Source: Elusimicrobiales bacterium (GTDB taxonomy: Bacteria > Elusimicrobiota > Elusimicrobia > Elusimicrobiales > UBA9959). From it: a stretch of DNA of 64,000 nucleotides. The notes below the pieces were generated by a model. The model was not told where the DNA came from. It saw only the letters and a list, made by a program, of their open reading frames with translations, and did not search any database. The stretch covers positions 15,298-79,297 of the forward strand of contig JAVHRY010000092.1 in the NCBI GenBank assembly GCA_036171915.1. The letters are read 5' to 3'. Shown here piece by piece: positions 49,547 to 57,443 of this stretch; position 1 is the stretch's first letter, and every line of letters begins with the position of its first letter. Both the position numbers and the translations under genes were made by a program.

Positions 49547-50986
49547 CTAAAACCGCAGCAGCCCCGCGTCTTTAAGCAGTTTGGCGGAGTACATCACGTC
49601 TATTGTGCGCCCGTTGAAAAGGGAACTGGTATAAACGCGCTCAAAGTTAAGGCGGTCGGTTATCTGGTCTACGGTCTCGCCCCCGCCCAAAGCGCCGCTG
49701 AAATCCCCGGCGGAAAGGATCTTGCCGTCGTCAAACAGTACAAAGTCCTGCGCCGTTATCCAGGTATGGTCTATATCGCTGTAGGTGTTTTTTTTGACAC
49801 TTTGAAAAACGCTGCCGTTGAGCGTGTAAGTCGGGGCGGAACCCCCCAGGTATGAAACAGAATCCGCGGTGAGCGCGGGGACGTTATAATTCACAGCTTT
49901 CCAGAACAACCTGCCCAGCCCGCCGTTCTCCCCGGACTCAGAAGGCCCGGCCGCGTAAAAAGAATAATTCCCGAAAACCAGGTTATAGCGGGGGTCGGCG
50001 GCGCTGCCGTTATAGGCCATGCGGCCGAAGGAAGCGTCCTCGGTAACCTTGTCCTGGGTATTGGACATCACGCTGTTCATGGCGGTAAGGCGCCACTGCG
50101 GCGCTTCGGAACCGGGAGAAGAGATCATATTGGCCGTAGCCAGCGAAAGGTCGGCAGGGAGGGCGGCATTAAAAGTGAATAAGATCTTGCCAAAATCAAA
50201 ACGGCTGGCGCGGGTGTTCAGCACCACGTATTTAAACTGGTTGTCCGCGGGCCTGATGGTGTATTCTTCCATGCGCACACGGTTGCCGAAGGCGTCTATG
50301 GCTACTTTGCGGCTCTGGAATTCCGCGGATTGTATCTCCTCCTGCGCCCTGGCGATTACGTCCGCTTTGGATATCTCGCTGTAGATCTCGTTGCGGGCTA
50401 TCTGCCTGGGGTCGCCCACCGAGGAATTCATATTACTGGGGTCGTTAAAGTTCTGCCCCGGCTCCCGGAGTTTGCCGCCGGCCGGCACCTCGGCGAACTG
50501 CCCTTCGCGCACCAAACCGGTGTTGCCCTTGCTGTCGCCGGCTAGCACGGAACCCTCGTAAACCTCCACCCGTGAACCGTCGGCATCCGCTTCCACCATA
50601 AAATCAGTGCCGCGCACGGCGCAGACCGCGGAAGGCGTACGCACTTCGAACTTCTTGGAGAATTTCTTAACCCAGGAGCGCACCCGGCCGAAATAAAGGC
50701 CCAGGGAGACAGAGTCTTTGTTTTCGGTACTCATTTTAAAAGAGGACAGCGGCGCCAGCTTAACCAGTGAGCCATCGTCCATGAAGAGCTGCACGGTGGA
50801 GGCGCGGGCAGTGCGCAGCGCGTCCCCGTCGGCCAGGCGGGTCTTCTCGTCACCGGCAAGCCTTACCCATTCGGCGGAAGCGCTCTTTTTTAGATCCACC
50901 TCGCCCCGCCAGGAATCAATATAGGCGGCGCGCGCAGGCAGGCAGGCAAACAAGAAAACCGCTGAAACAATCAGCCGTTTCATCAT
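49547..50986 (-). CDS. Secreted FecR-domain protein with an uncharacterised ~300-aa C-terminal region
   Basis: Signal peptide. The FecR-like block is GDALRTARASTVQLFMDDGSLVKLAPLSSFKM...FEVRTPSAVCAVRGTDFMVE. AAGGAG SD 7 nt upstream. Confidence 0.65.
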   Translation of the reverse strand: MMKRLIVSAVFLFACLPARAAYIDSWRGEVDLKKSASAEWVRLAGDEKTRLADGDALRTARASTVQLFMDDGSLVKLAPLSSFKMSTENKDSVSLGLYFGRVRSWVKKFSKKFEVRTPSAVCAVRGTDFMVEADADGSRVEVYEGSVLAGDSKGNTGLVREGQFAEVPAGGKLREPGQNFNDPSNMNSSVGDPRQIARNEIYSEISKADVIARAQEEIQSAEFQSRKVAIDAFGNRVRMEEYTIRPADNQFKYVVLNTRASRFDFGKILFTFNAALPADLSLATANMISSPGSEAPQWRLTAMNSVMSNTQDKVTEDASFGRMAYNGSAADPRYNLVFGNYSFYAAGPSESGENGGLGRLFWKAVNYNVPALTADSVSYLGGSAPTYTLNGSVFQSVKKNTYSDIDHTWITAQDFVLFDDGKILSAGDFSGALGGGETVDQITDRLNFERVYTSSLFNGRTIDVMYSAKLLKDAGLLRF

Positions 50987-51053
50987 AAAAAAACTCCTTA
51001 AAAACCCTTAATAACCCCCAGGGGAAGCACCTGAATTTAAATTCGCTTTCAGC

Positions 51054-51083
51054 ATTATAATTGTTGAAGGAAGGCCTTGTCAA
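51054..51083 (-). promoter_or_regulatory. Consensus sigma-70 promoter (TTGACA-18-TATAAT) for the FecR/barrel/giant/PorV-like operon
   Basis: On the minus strand, a perfect -35 TTGACA (51078-51083) and a perfect -10 TATAAT (51054-51059) are separated by 18 nt, ~68 nt upstream of ATG 50986. Confidence 0.6.
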
Positions 51084-51144
51084 CGTAACAAAGGTAACAG
51101 GCCGCGGGCCGGAATTTACCGGCACCTGCCCCGCTGCTCCGTTT

Positions 51145-52086
51145 TCAATGGGCGCAGATGTCGCAGGAGGAGTTGTCCGCCGGTTCGGCTTCCACCTGGA
51201 AGACCGCGTGGCGTATACCGAAGCCCGTGGCCACGCCGCAGGTGGCGGCCTTAAGGGCGGCCTGCTGCTTGGCGGGGTCCTTGACCACCAGGTGGGCGCT
51301 CAGGGCGTTGAAACCGGAGGAAAGGCTCCAGGCGTGCAGTTCGTGCACGTCAGAAACCCCGTCTATGGCGCGCAGTTCCTTCTCCAGGTCTTTCAGGGAA
51401 AGTCCCCTGGGCGCGCCCTCCATAAGTATGTGGAAGGCCTCGCGCAGCAGCCGGGTGGAACTTAGAAGTATCAGCGCTATTATAAGCAGGGAAACTATGG
51501 TATCGGCGCGGTACCAGCCGGTAAAGTAAATAATAACCCCGGCGGCTATGGCCGCCACGGAACCGGCCAGGTCGCTCATTACATGCAGGAAGGCGCCGCG
51601 GATGTTTATATTTTCCCCGCTATGGGAGTGCAGTATGAAAGCGCAGGCGATATTGGCGGCCAGCCCCAGCAGCGCCACCGCCAGCATTGGGCCCGCGAGA
51701 ACCGGCACCGGGGAGTAAAATCTCTGGTACACCTCGCGCAGCATATAGCCGGAAAGCAGCCAGAGCAGCATGGCGTTAGCGAGCGCCGCCACCACCTCCG
51801 CCCGGCGGTAGCCGTAGGTGCGGGCCGAATCCGGCTTAAGGCCGGCCAGGCGCGAGGCGAAAAAACTCATACCGAGCGCTGCCGCGTCCGTGAGCATATG
51901 CATGGAGTCGCTCAAAAGGGCCATGCTCCCGGTAAGGAAACCGCCCGCGGCCTCAACAAACATGAAGGCGGCGGTTATAAAAAAAGCCGCCGTTATGGCC
52001 TTGCGCTGCAGGTGCGCCCCGCGGGCATGGTGTTCACCCTGGCAGGAATGTCCGCTGTCATGTTGATGTTCGTGTTTAGCAGCCAT
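51145..52086 (-). CDS. Cation diffusion facilitator (CzcD/ZitB-type) metal efflux transporter
   Basis: His-rich N-terminus, TM2 SDSMHMLTD and TM5 HVMSDLAG metal-site motifs, and a cytoplasmic C-terminal domain. ATG 52086 chosen; the ORF-track 52383 extension has no homology pattern. Confidence 0.85.
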   Translation of the reverse strand: MAAKHEHQHDSGHSCQGEHHARGAHLQRKAITAAFFITAAFMFVEAAGGFLTGSMALLSDSMHMLTDAAALGMSFFASRLAGLKPDSARTYGYRRAEVVAALANAMLLWLLSGYMLREVYQRFYSPVPVLAGPMLAVALLGLAANIACAFILHSHSGENINIRGAFLHVMSDLAGSVAAIAAGVIIYFTGWYRADTIVSLLIIALILLSSTRLLREAFHILMEGAPRGLSLKDLEKELRAIDGVSDVHELHAWSLSSGFNALSAHLVVKDPAKQQAALKAATCGVATGFGIRHAVFQVEAEPADNSSCDICAH

Positions 52087-52140
52087 ACGGTAATTATATG
52101 AATTTGCTGGCGGGTTTAATGGTAAAATATCGTACCTTTT

Positions 52141-53106
52141 ATGTCTAATATAGCCCCAGGCCCGGAAGACTCCCTGCGCAAGGTACACGAGGAGATTTCT
52201 TCCTCCCTTGGCGCCATAGACCCCGAAGTTTTCGACCTGACGAAGTTCCCTTTCAGCTTTATGGGCAAGGCCTCGCGGGCCCGCTTTACGCTGCTTACAG
52301 CTGGCGCGCTGGGCCTTAGCCCCGGGAAGGCCGTTAAGATAGCGGCCGCCGCGGAGCTCACGCATACCGCCTCCCTGCTGCACGACGACTGCCTGGACCT
52401 GGCCCGCTACCGCCGGGGCCTGCCCACTTTAAACTACCAACTTGGGGTAAACGCCGCCATTTTGGTAGGGGACCTTGTAGTCGCGCTGGCTTTCGACTGC
52501 GCCGGGCGGGCCTCCCCGGAACTGTCCGCGGAGCTTGTGCTCGCCGTAAAGCACATGACGGAGGGCGCTCTCCTTGAAGAAAATTCACGCGGCAGGAAGA
52601 TTTCCGCGGCCCGGGCCGAACAGATTGTAGTGCTTAAAACCGGGTCGCTGTTCCGCTGGTGCGCCCTGGCCTCCTGCGCGCTGGCGCGCAGGCCGGACCT
52701 GCTGGAGAACTGCGCGCTTATAGGAGAACGGGCGGGCGCCGCATTTCAGGTTATAGACGATGTACTGGATTTTGAGGGCGACGCCGGCGCCTGCGGCAAG
52801 GAAACGCTGAAAGACATAAAGGAAGGAAAGTTCACCCTGCCGCTGATACTGGCCCTTAACGACGCTGTCTCGGGCCCGTCGGCGGAGAAGCTGGCGGCCG
52901 CCATGCGGAGCGGCCCGGCCGCTGACCTTTCCCCGGCGCTTGAGCTGGCTGACCTTGTAAACAAAGGCGGTTTCGCCGCGGCGGCGCGAAAAACAGCCGT
53001 TGAAAATCTGAAAGGCCTTTTCCCCCTGGTTGACAAACTTCCGGACCAAGAAGGCGCCGCACGGCTGAAAATTTTCCTGGCCGCCCTTGGCGAGAGGAAG
53101 GCGTGA
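52141..53106 (+). CDS. Long-chain polyprenyl diphosphate synthase
   Basis: First and second Asp-rich motifs LLHDDCLD and QVIDDVLD. Confidence 0.85.
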   Translation: MSNIAPGPEDSLRKVHEEISSSLGAIDPEVFDLTKFPFSFMGKASRARFTLLTAGALGLSPGKAVKIAAAAELTHTASLLHDDCLDLARYRRGLPTLNYQLGVNAAILVGDLVVALAFDCAGRASPELSAELVLAVKHMTEGALLEENSRGRKISAARAEQIVVLKTGSLFRWCALASCALARRPDLLENCALIGERAGAAFQVIDDVLDFEGDAGACGKETLKDIKEGKFTLPLILALNDAVSGPSAEKLAAAMRSGPAADLSPALELADLVNKGGFAAAARKTAVENLKGLFPLVDKLPDQEGAARLKIFLAALGERKA

Positions 53107-53128
53107 GCGCCGGCGGGCCGGGGGAAAT

Positions 53129-53980
53129 ATGAAAAAATGGTTTATAATCCTGCGGGCTTACTCCTGGCCGGCCTCTATAGTGCCGGTCATACTCGGCTCC
53201 GTAGTGGCTTGGCGGGGCGGCAGATTTTCCTGGACGGACTTCTGCCTGACGCTGCCTGCGGCGCTGCTGGTACACTCGGCGGCCAACCTGTCCAACACCT
53301 ATTTTGACTTTAAGAGAGGCGTGGATAAGAAAGAAACCGCCGATGACCGCGGGCTGGTGGACGCTATGATAGCGCCCCGCACAATGCTGAGGGCCGCGCT
53401 GGGCATGTTCGCCGCCGGGGCCGCCATCGGCATAGGCCTTTCCCTCAAGAACCACCTGCCCGCCCTGCTGTGGCTGGGAGCGGCGGGTCTTGCGCTGGCC
53501 TGGTTCTACACCGGGACGGGCTTTGCCTATAAGTATATGACGCTGGGGGACCTGGGGGTATTTTTCGCCTTCGGCCCCTGCATAGTCACCGGGACCGCCC
53601 TCATACAGACACGGGCGTTCCTCCCCGAAGCGCTTTGGGCCTCGATCCCGGTGGGGCTGCTTATAGTGGGCATCCTGCACGCCAATAACATGCGCGACGC
53701 CGGTAGCGATTCAGAGGCGAAGTTCACTACTCTCGCCGCCGCGCTCGGGCAGGGCAAAGCGGTTAAGTTCTATTACGCTCTTATCTTTGTGCCGTACTTT
53801 TTTTCTGTCACCTTCGGCAGCGTCTGGCCTTTCATCTTCTGCGCCCTGTCCATGCCTCTCGCCGTAAAACTTCAGCGTAAAGCCGCAAAAGGCGAATTTT
53901 CCGCCCTGGTGCCGGAAACCGCGAAACTGGTGGCTGTCTTCGGCCTGCTGCTCTCCGCCGGCCTCCGCCTGGCGAAGTAA
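53129..53980 (+). CDS. menA: 1,4-dihydroxy-2-naphthoate polyprenyltransferase (UbiA family)
   Basis: Polytopic UbiA-fold protein with NTYFDFKRGVD (N...D...D). Follows the polyprenyl synthase gene. ATG 53129 with a GGGGGA SD. Confidence 0.75.
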   Translation: MKKWFIILRAYSWPASIVPVILGSVVAWRGGRFSWTDFCLTLPAALLVHSAANLSNTYFDFKRGVDKKETADDRGLVDAMIAPRTMLRAALGMFAAGAAIGIGLSLKNHLPALLWLGAAGLALAWFYTGTGFAYKYMTLGDLGVFFAFGPCIVTGTALIQTRAFLPEALWASIPVGLLIVGILHANNMRDAGSDSEAKFTTLAAALGQGKAVKFYYALIFVPYFFSVTFGSVWPFIFCALSMPLAVKLQRKAAKGEFSALVPETAKLVAVFGLLLSAGLRLAK

Positions 53981-54022
53981 CCATAAAGACACGCCTCCGG
54001 GAGCACGCCCGCGACACCCCCA

Positions 54023-54051
54023 TTGTAAAGACGCGGGAATTTTTATAGATT
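54023..54051 (+). promoter_or_regulatory. Sigma-70-type promoter candidate for pal-cpoB-tolB (TTGTAA-17-TAGATT)
   Basis: TTGTAA at 54023-54028, 17-nt spacer, TAGATT at 54046-54051. The -10 hexamer is the same as the nrdJ candidate. Confidence 0.4.
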
Positions 54052-54091
54052 ATATATGGCTTTAGAGATATCCATGGAGGGTCCGGTACAA

Positions 54092-54643
54092 ATGAAGAAC
54101 AATAAACTGGTACTTGCATTCGCTTTGCCGCTGCTGGCCGCGCTGGCGCTTTCATCGTGCGGGGGCAACAAGAACAAAAAGACCGGTACGGGCCCAGGCC
54201 AGGACATGGTTACGGACACCTCCGCCATCCCCACGCTTGACATGCAGGAAAGCACGGACACCCTCAGCACCGAGGGCAACATCCGCGGCGGAGAATTCAC
54301 GCCGCAGGAAAACATAAAAACCATAAACTTCGACTACGACCGCTACGAACTTTCAGAAGGCGCCCGCGCGATCCTGCAGGCCAACGCCGCGCTGATCAAA
54401 GTCCGCAAGGACTGGAGCGTGCTGGTGGAAGGCTACTGCGACAACCGCGGCACCGTGGAATACAACCTGGCGCTTGGGCAGAAAAGGGCTAAAGCGGTGC
54501 GCGACTACTACGTGCGCCTCGGCGTGGCGGAGAACACCGTGGGAACCATCTCCTACGGCCTTGAGAACCCGCTCTGCTCCGAAGAAACGGATGCCTGCTG
54601 GCTGATGAACCGCCGCGCCCAGACCAAGATAAAAGGCAAATAA
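54092..54643 (+). CDS. pal: Peptidoglycan-associated lipoprotein (OmpA-like domain)
   Basis: Lipobox LALSSCG and an OmpA-like domain (FDYDRYELS...GYCDNRGTVEYNLALGQKRA...NRRAQ). GGAGGG SD upstream of ATG 54092. Confidence 0.9.
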   Translation: MKNNKLVLAFALPLLAALALSSCGGNKNKKTGTGPGQDMVTDTSAIPTLDMQESTDTLSTEGNIRGGEFTPQENIKTINFDYDRYELSEGARAILQANAALIKVRKDWSVLVEGYCDNRGTVEYNLALGQKRAKAVRDYYVRLGVAENTVGTISYGLENPLCSEETDACWLMNRRAQTKIKGK

Positions 54644-55417
54644 ATGCGGAAAATATTATTTATAATCCCCGCCTGCCTGCTGGCCGCCGGCTGCGTAGCC
54701 ACTCAGCAGGATATGCTGCAGATGCAGAGCCAGATGGACGACCTCAACAACAGCCTGGCGAACATGCAGAAGAACCAGGCCGAGTTGGCGGTCAAGATGG
54801 AGGAGCTTTCCAAAAATCTTACCGCCTCCTCCGAAAGCATGAAAGATATTTCCACCCAGATGGAAAAACTCTCGGGCCGCCTTGACGAGCGCGATACCGC
54901 CATGAACAAGCGCGTCAACGCCATCGGCCAGACCGTAAGGAAACAGCAGGAAGAGGTTGAAACCGCCCTGTTGCCCGCCAAGCTCTACAACGACGCCTAC
55001 AACGCATTTATCAGCAATAACTTCGACGGGGCCGCCACCGGCTTTAAGACCTATCTGTCCAAGTTCCCCGGCGGAGAGATGTCCGAGGGCGCCTATTTTT
55101 ACCTGGGTGAGTCCCTGTATTTTAAAGAACGCTGGCAGGACGCGGCACTGGCCTATGCCACGGTCATTGAAAAATTCCCCAAATCAGCCAGGATCCCGGC
55201 CGCCAGGCTAAAATACGCCATGGCCCTGCTGAAGCTTCCCGAAGACAAAAAAAGCGAAGCGCTTAACTACCTGCGCTCCGTAGTAAAGGATTACCCCGCC
55301 TCGCAGGAAGCTAAAACAGCGAAAGACTACATTAACCGTATTTCCCCGCCAAAACCCGCGGCGGGCCGCGCAAAGCCGGCAAAAGCCCCGGCCAAGGTCC
55401 CGGCTAAAAAAGGCTGA
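54644..55417 (+). CDS. cpoB: Tol-Pal system protein CpoB/YbgF (coiled-coil + TPR)
   Basis: Signal/lipobox-like N-terminus, a long coiled-coil, and a C-terminal TPR block (YNDAYNAF...GAYFYLGESLY...). Position next to pal. Confidence 0.75.
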   Translation: MRKILFIIPACLLAAGCVATQQDMLQMQSQMDDLNNSLANMQKNQAELAVKMEELSKNLTASSESMKDISTQMEKLSGRLDERDTAMNKRVNAIGQTVRKQQEEVETALLPAKLYNDAYNAFISNNFDGAATGFKTYLSKFPGGEMSEGAYFYLGESLYFKERWQDAALAYATVIEKFPKSARIPAARLKYAMALLKLPEDKKSEALNYLRSVVKDYPASQEAKTAKDYINRISPPKPAAGRAKPAKAPAKVPAKKG

Positions 55418-55426
55418 ACCGCCTCT

Positions 55427-56716
55427 ATGAAAGTTATTACGGCCATGGCAGCCGCGTTTTTAGCGCTGGCTCCGCGCGCCGGGGCGGGCGCCGATATCTA
55501 TATCGGGATAGCCCCCGGCCAGGAAGTTAAAAAAACCTCCGTGGCGCTGGCGAAGTTCCTCCCGGAAAGAGACCAGAGCCCTGAAGACCTGGCCCTGGCC
55601 GAAACCTTCCGCGAGATAGTGCGTTCCGATTTGCTGTACTCCCGCTACTTTGACGTAAAGGAAGACCCCCTCGCGGCCGCTAACCTTGATGCCGGCCCGC
55701 AATCCCTGGCGTACTGGAAAAATTTATCCGGCAGTCTTGTAACCGGCAAGGCCAGGGACGCGGGCCCGGTGTGGACCTTTACCCCCCGCCTATACGACCT
55801 GGCCTCCGGCAAGGGCGTTATTGAAAAATTTTTCCAGGGTGAAAAAAAAGCCATGCGCCGGGCCGCGCACCTGTTCTCCGACGACGTGATATTGCGCCTC
55901 ACCGGGCGCCTCGGCATAGCGCATTCGAAGCTGGCTTTCGCCAACAATTCCACGGGGCGCAAGGAGATCTACACCGTTGATTACGACGGGGAAAATCTTA
56001 CGCGCCTGACTTCGGACAACAGCATAAACCTGCTGCCGCGTTGGTCGGCTGACGCTTCGCGCATCTACTACACCACCTACCGCTGGGGCAACCCGGACAT
56101 GTTCGAGATAGACCTGCGGGCTGGCAAGATACGCCCGTTCACCACCTTCCAGGGGCTCAACATCCCCGGCGGCTTCTCTCCCGACGGGCTTACCATGGTA
56201 ATGACGCTTTCGCGCGGCGACGACCCCAATATCTATACGCTTAACGTGGTCACCAAAGAATTAAAGAAGCTGCTCCAGGGCATCGGAGTAAGTTCTTCCC
56301 CCACCTGGTCTCCGGACGGGAAACAGGTGGCTTTTGTTTCCGACCGCTCAGGGAACCCGCAGGTTTACGTGTTGGAACTGGCCACCCGGAAAACCCGCCG
56401 CCTTACGCGCATGAACTGGTGCGATTCACCCTCCTGGTCGCCCTCAGGGGAGTGGATAATTTTTTCCGGCAGGGAAACAGGCAAGGAGAACCTGAACATA
56501 TTCATCACCGACCTTACCGGCAGCCAGATACGCCGCCTGACCAGCAAGGCGGGCGCCAACGAAGACCCCTCCTGGTCGCCTGACGGCAGGTTCATCGCGT
56601 TTACCTCAACCCGCCGGGGACGCCGGGAAATTTTTATAATGGACTACGACGGCAGCGCTCCCCACCCGCTGACGGAACTTAGGGGGCAGTCTTTTACGCC
56701 CAATTGGTCGCCTTAG
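55427..56716 (+). CDS. tolB: Tol-Pal system beta-propeller protein TolB
   Basis: TolB N-terminal domain followed by repeated P.WSPDG blades (PTWSPDGKQVAF, PSWSPDGRFIAF and others). The stop TAG lies on the TA flank of MITE copy 2. Confidence 0.9.
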   Translation: MKVITAMAAAFLALAPRAGAGADIYIGIAPGQEVKKTSVALAKFLPERDQSPEDLALAETFREIVRSDLLYSRYFDVKEDPLAAANLDAGPQSLAYWKNLSGSLVTGKARDAGPVWTFTPRLYDLASGKGVIEKFFQGEKKAMRRAAHLFSDDVILRLTGRLGIAHSKLAFANNSTGRKEIYTVDYDGENLTRLTSDNSINLLPRWSADASRIYYTTYRWGNPDMFEIDLRAGKIRPFTTFQGLNIPGGFSPDGLTMVMTLSRGDDPNIYTLNVVTKELKKLLQGIGVSSSPTWSPDGKQVAFVSDRSGNPQVYVLELATRKTRRLTRMNWCDSPSWSPSGEWIIFSGRETGKENLNIFITDLTGSQIRRLTSKAGANEDPSWSPDGRFIAFTSTRRGRREIFIMDYDGSAPHPLTELRGQSFTPNWSP

Positions 56717-56882
56717 GAGCCTGTCCGGCATAAGGCTTTCATGACGAAATTGACGATTTTGGAGCCGAGCCGAAGCGACGCGAAACGAGCACCCTCGACG
56801 GAGGTTGTAAGTTGAGCGTCGCGAAGGCGCAGGACAAAAGCGGCAATTGCAGGCGAAATTGCTTATGTCGGACAGGCTCTTA
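56714..56882. mobile_element. MITE/Correia-like nonautonomous element, copy 2 (reverse orientation relative to copy 1)
   Basis: TA-GGAGCCTGTCCGGCATAAG...CTTATGTCGGACAGGCTCT-TA. 159/165 identical to the reverse complement of copy 1, with no indels. Confidence 0.8.
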
Positions 56883-56904
56883 GGATATTGTGTTAAGGCA
56901 GGGG

Positions 56905-56931
56905 AAGCGGGACAAGCGTTCCGCTTTTTTT
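56905..56931 (+). terminator. Rho-independent terminator of the pal-cpoB-tolB unit, displaced from the tolB stop by the MITE
   Basis: AAGCGGGAC-AAGC-GTTCCGCTT (9-bp stem, one G:U pair) followed by TTTTTTT. Confidence 0.7.
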
Positions 56932-57430
56932 ATTTGCAGGCCGCGGAACGTATCTTTTCAAGCAGGGAAGCGAAGAACCCGGCCTCGCGCCCGGAAGCGC
57001 GCACGGGATGGAAATTAAGCCCGCGGCCGCTTTTAAGCGCCGCAGCGAGCTCTTTGTCCAGCAGGGCGAGGAACTCCGGGCCCAGCCGCTTGCGGCGCTC
57101 CGACAACATACCAGGGTTTATGACATCCTCCAGCGTGAAATATTCCTGGCCGCAAAAAGCCTGAATATAAGGGCTCTCCATGAACTCCGCCACGGCGTCC
57201 TCGTCGGAGAGGCTTTTGAGCCGCTTTACCGCCAGCAGGCCGCAGACCAGGCGGGAGTCCCTGGCGGGGCGGCCGTAGCCGGCGGAAAAATACCGGCCGT
57301 ACTCGCCGTCCAGTTTTTCCCAGGGCAGGGCCTCCGCCAGTTTAAGCCAGCGGTTTGAGCCGGCAAGTTTTTCGCCAAGGTGAAAAAGTTTGCCGAAAAG
57401 CGTGGGATTGAATTTTTCAGAGCGGTACAT
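56930..57430 (-). pseudogene. Orphan IS5/IS1182-type transposase N-terminal (DUF772-like) fragment lacking the DDE catalytic region
   Basis: LPWEKL...GRPARDSRLVCGLLAVKRLKSLSDEDAVAEFMESPYIQAFCG matches the InsH N-terminal domain pattern. Only 166 aa; no DDE domain and no flanking IS ends seen. Confidence 0.6.
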
Positions 57431-57443
57431 ATGGGTTAGCGCG

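Noticed and set aside
50916-51125. 69-aa minus-strand ORF covering the FecR-operon promoter region.
   Set aside because: It overlaps the FecR start and SD, the 5'UTR and the promoter hexamers. Its composition is not protein-like and it has no SD.
52087-52383. N-terminal extensions of the CDF transporter (to 52383), the epimerase (to 59140), the thioredoxin lipoprotein (to 17070), the phosphoglucomutase (from 17436) and valS (from 36163).
   Set aside because: The extensions lack family similarity and often overlap neighbouring genes or promoters. Internal ATGs give canonical N-termini (signal peptide, Rossmann motif, His-rich tail).
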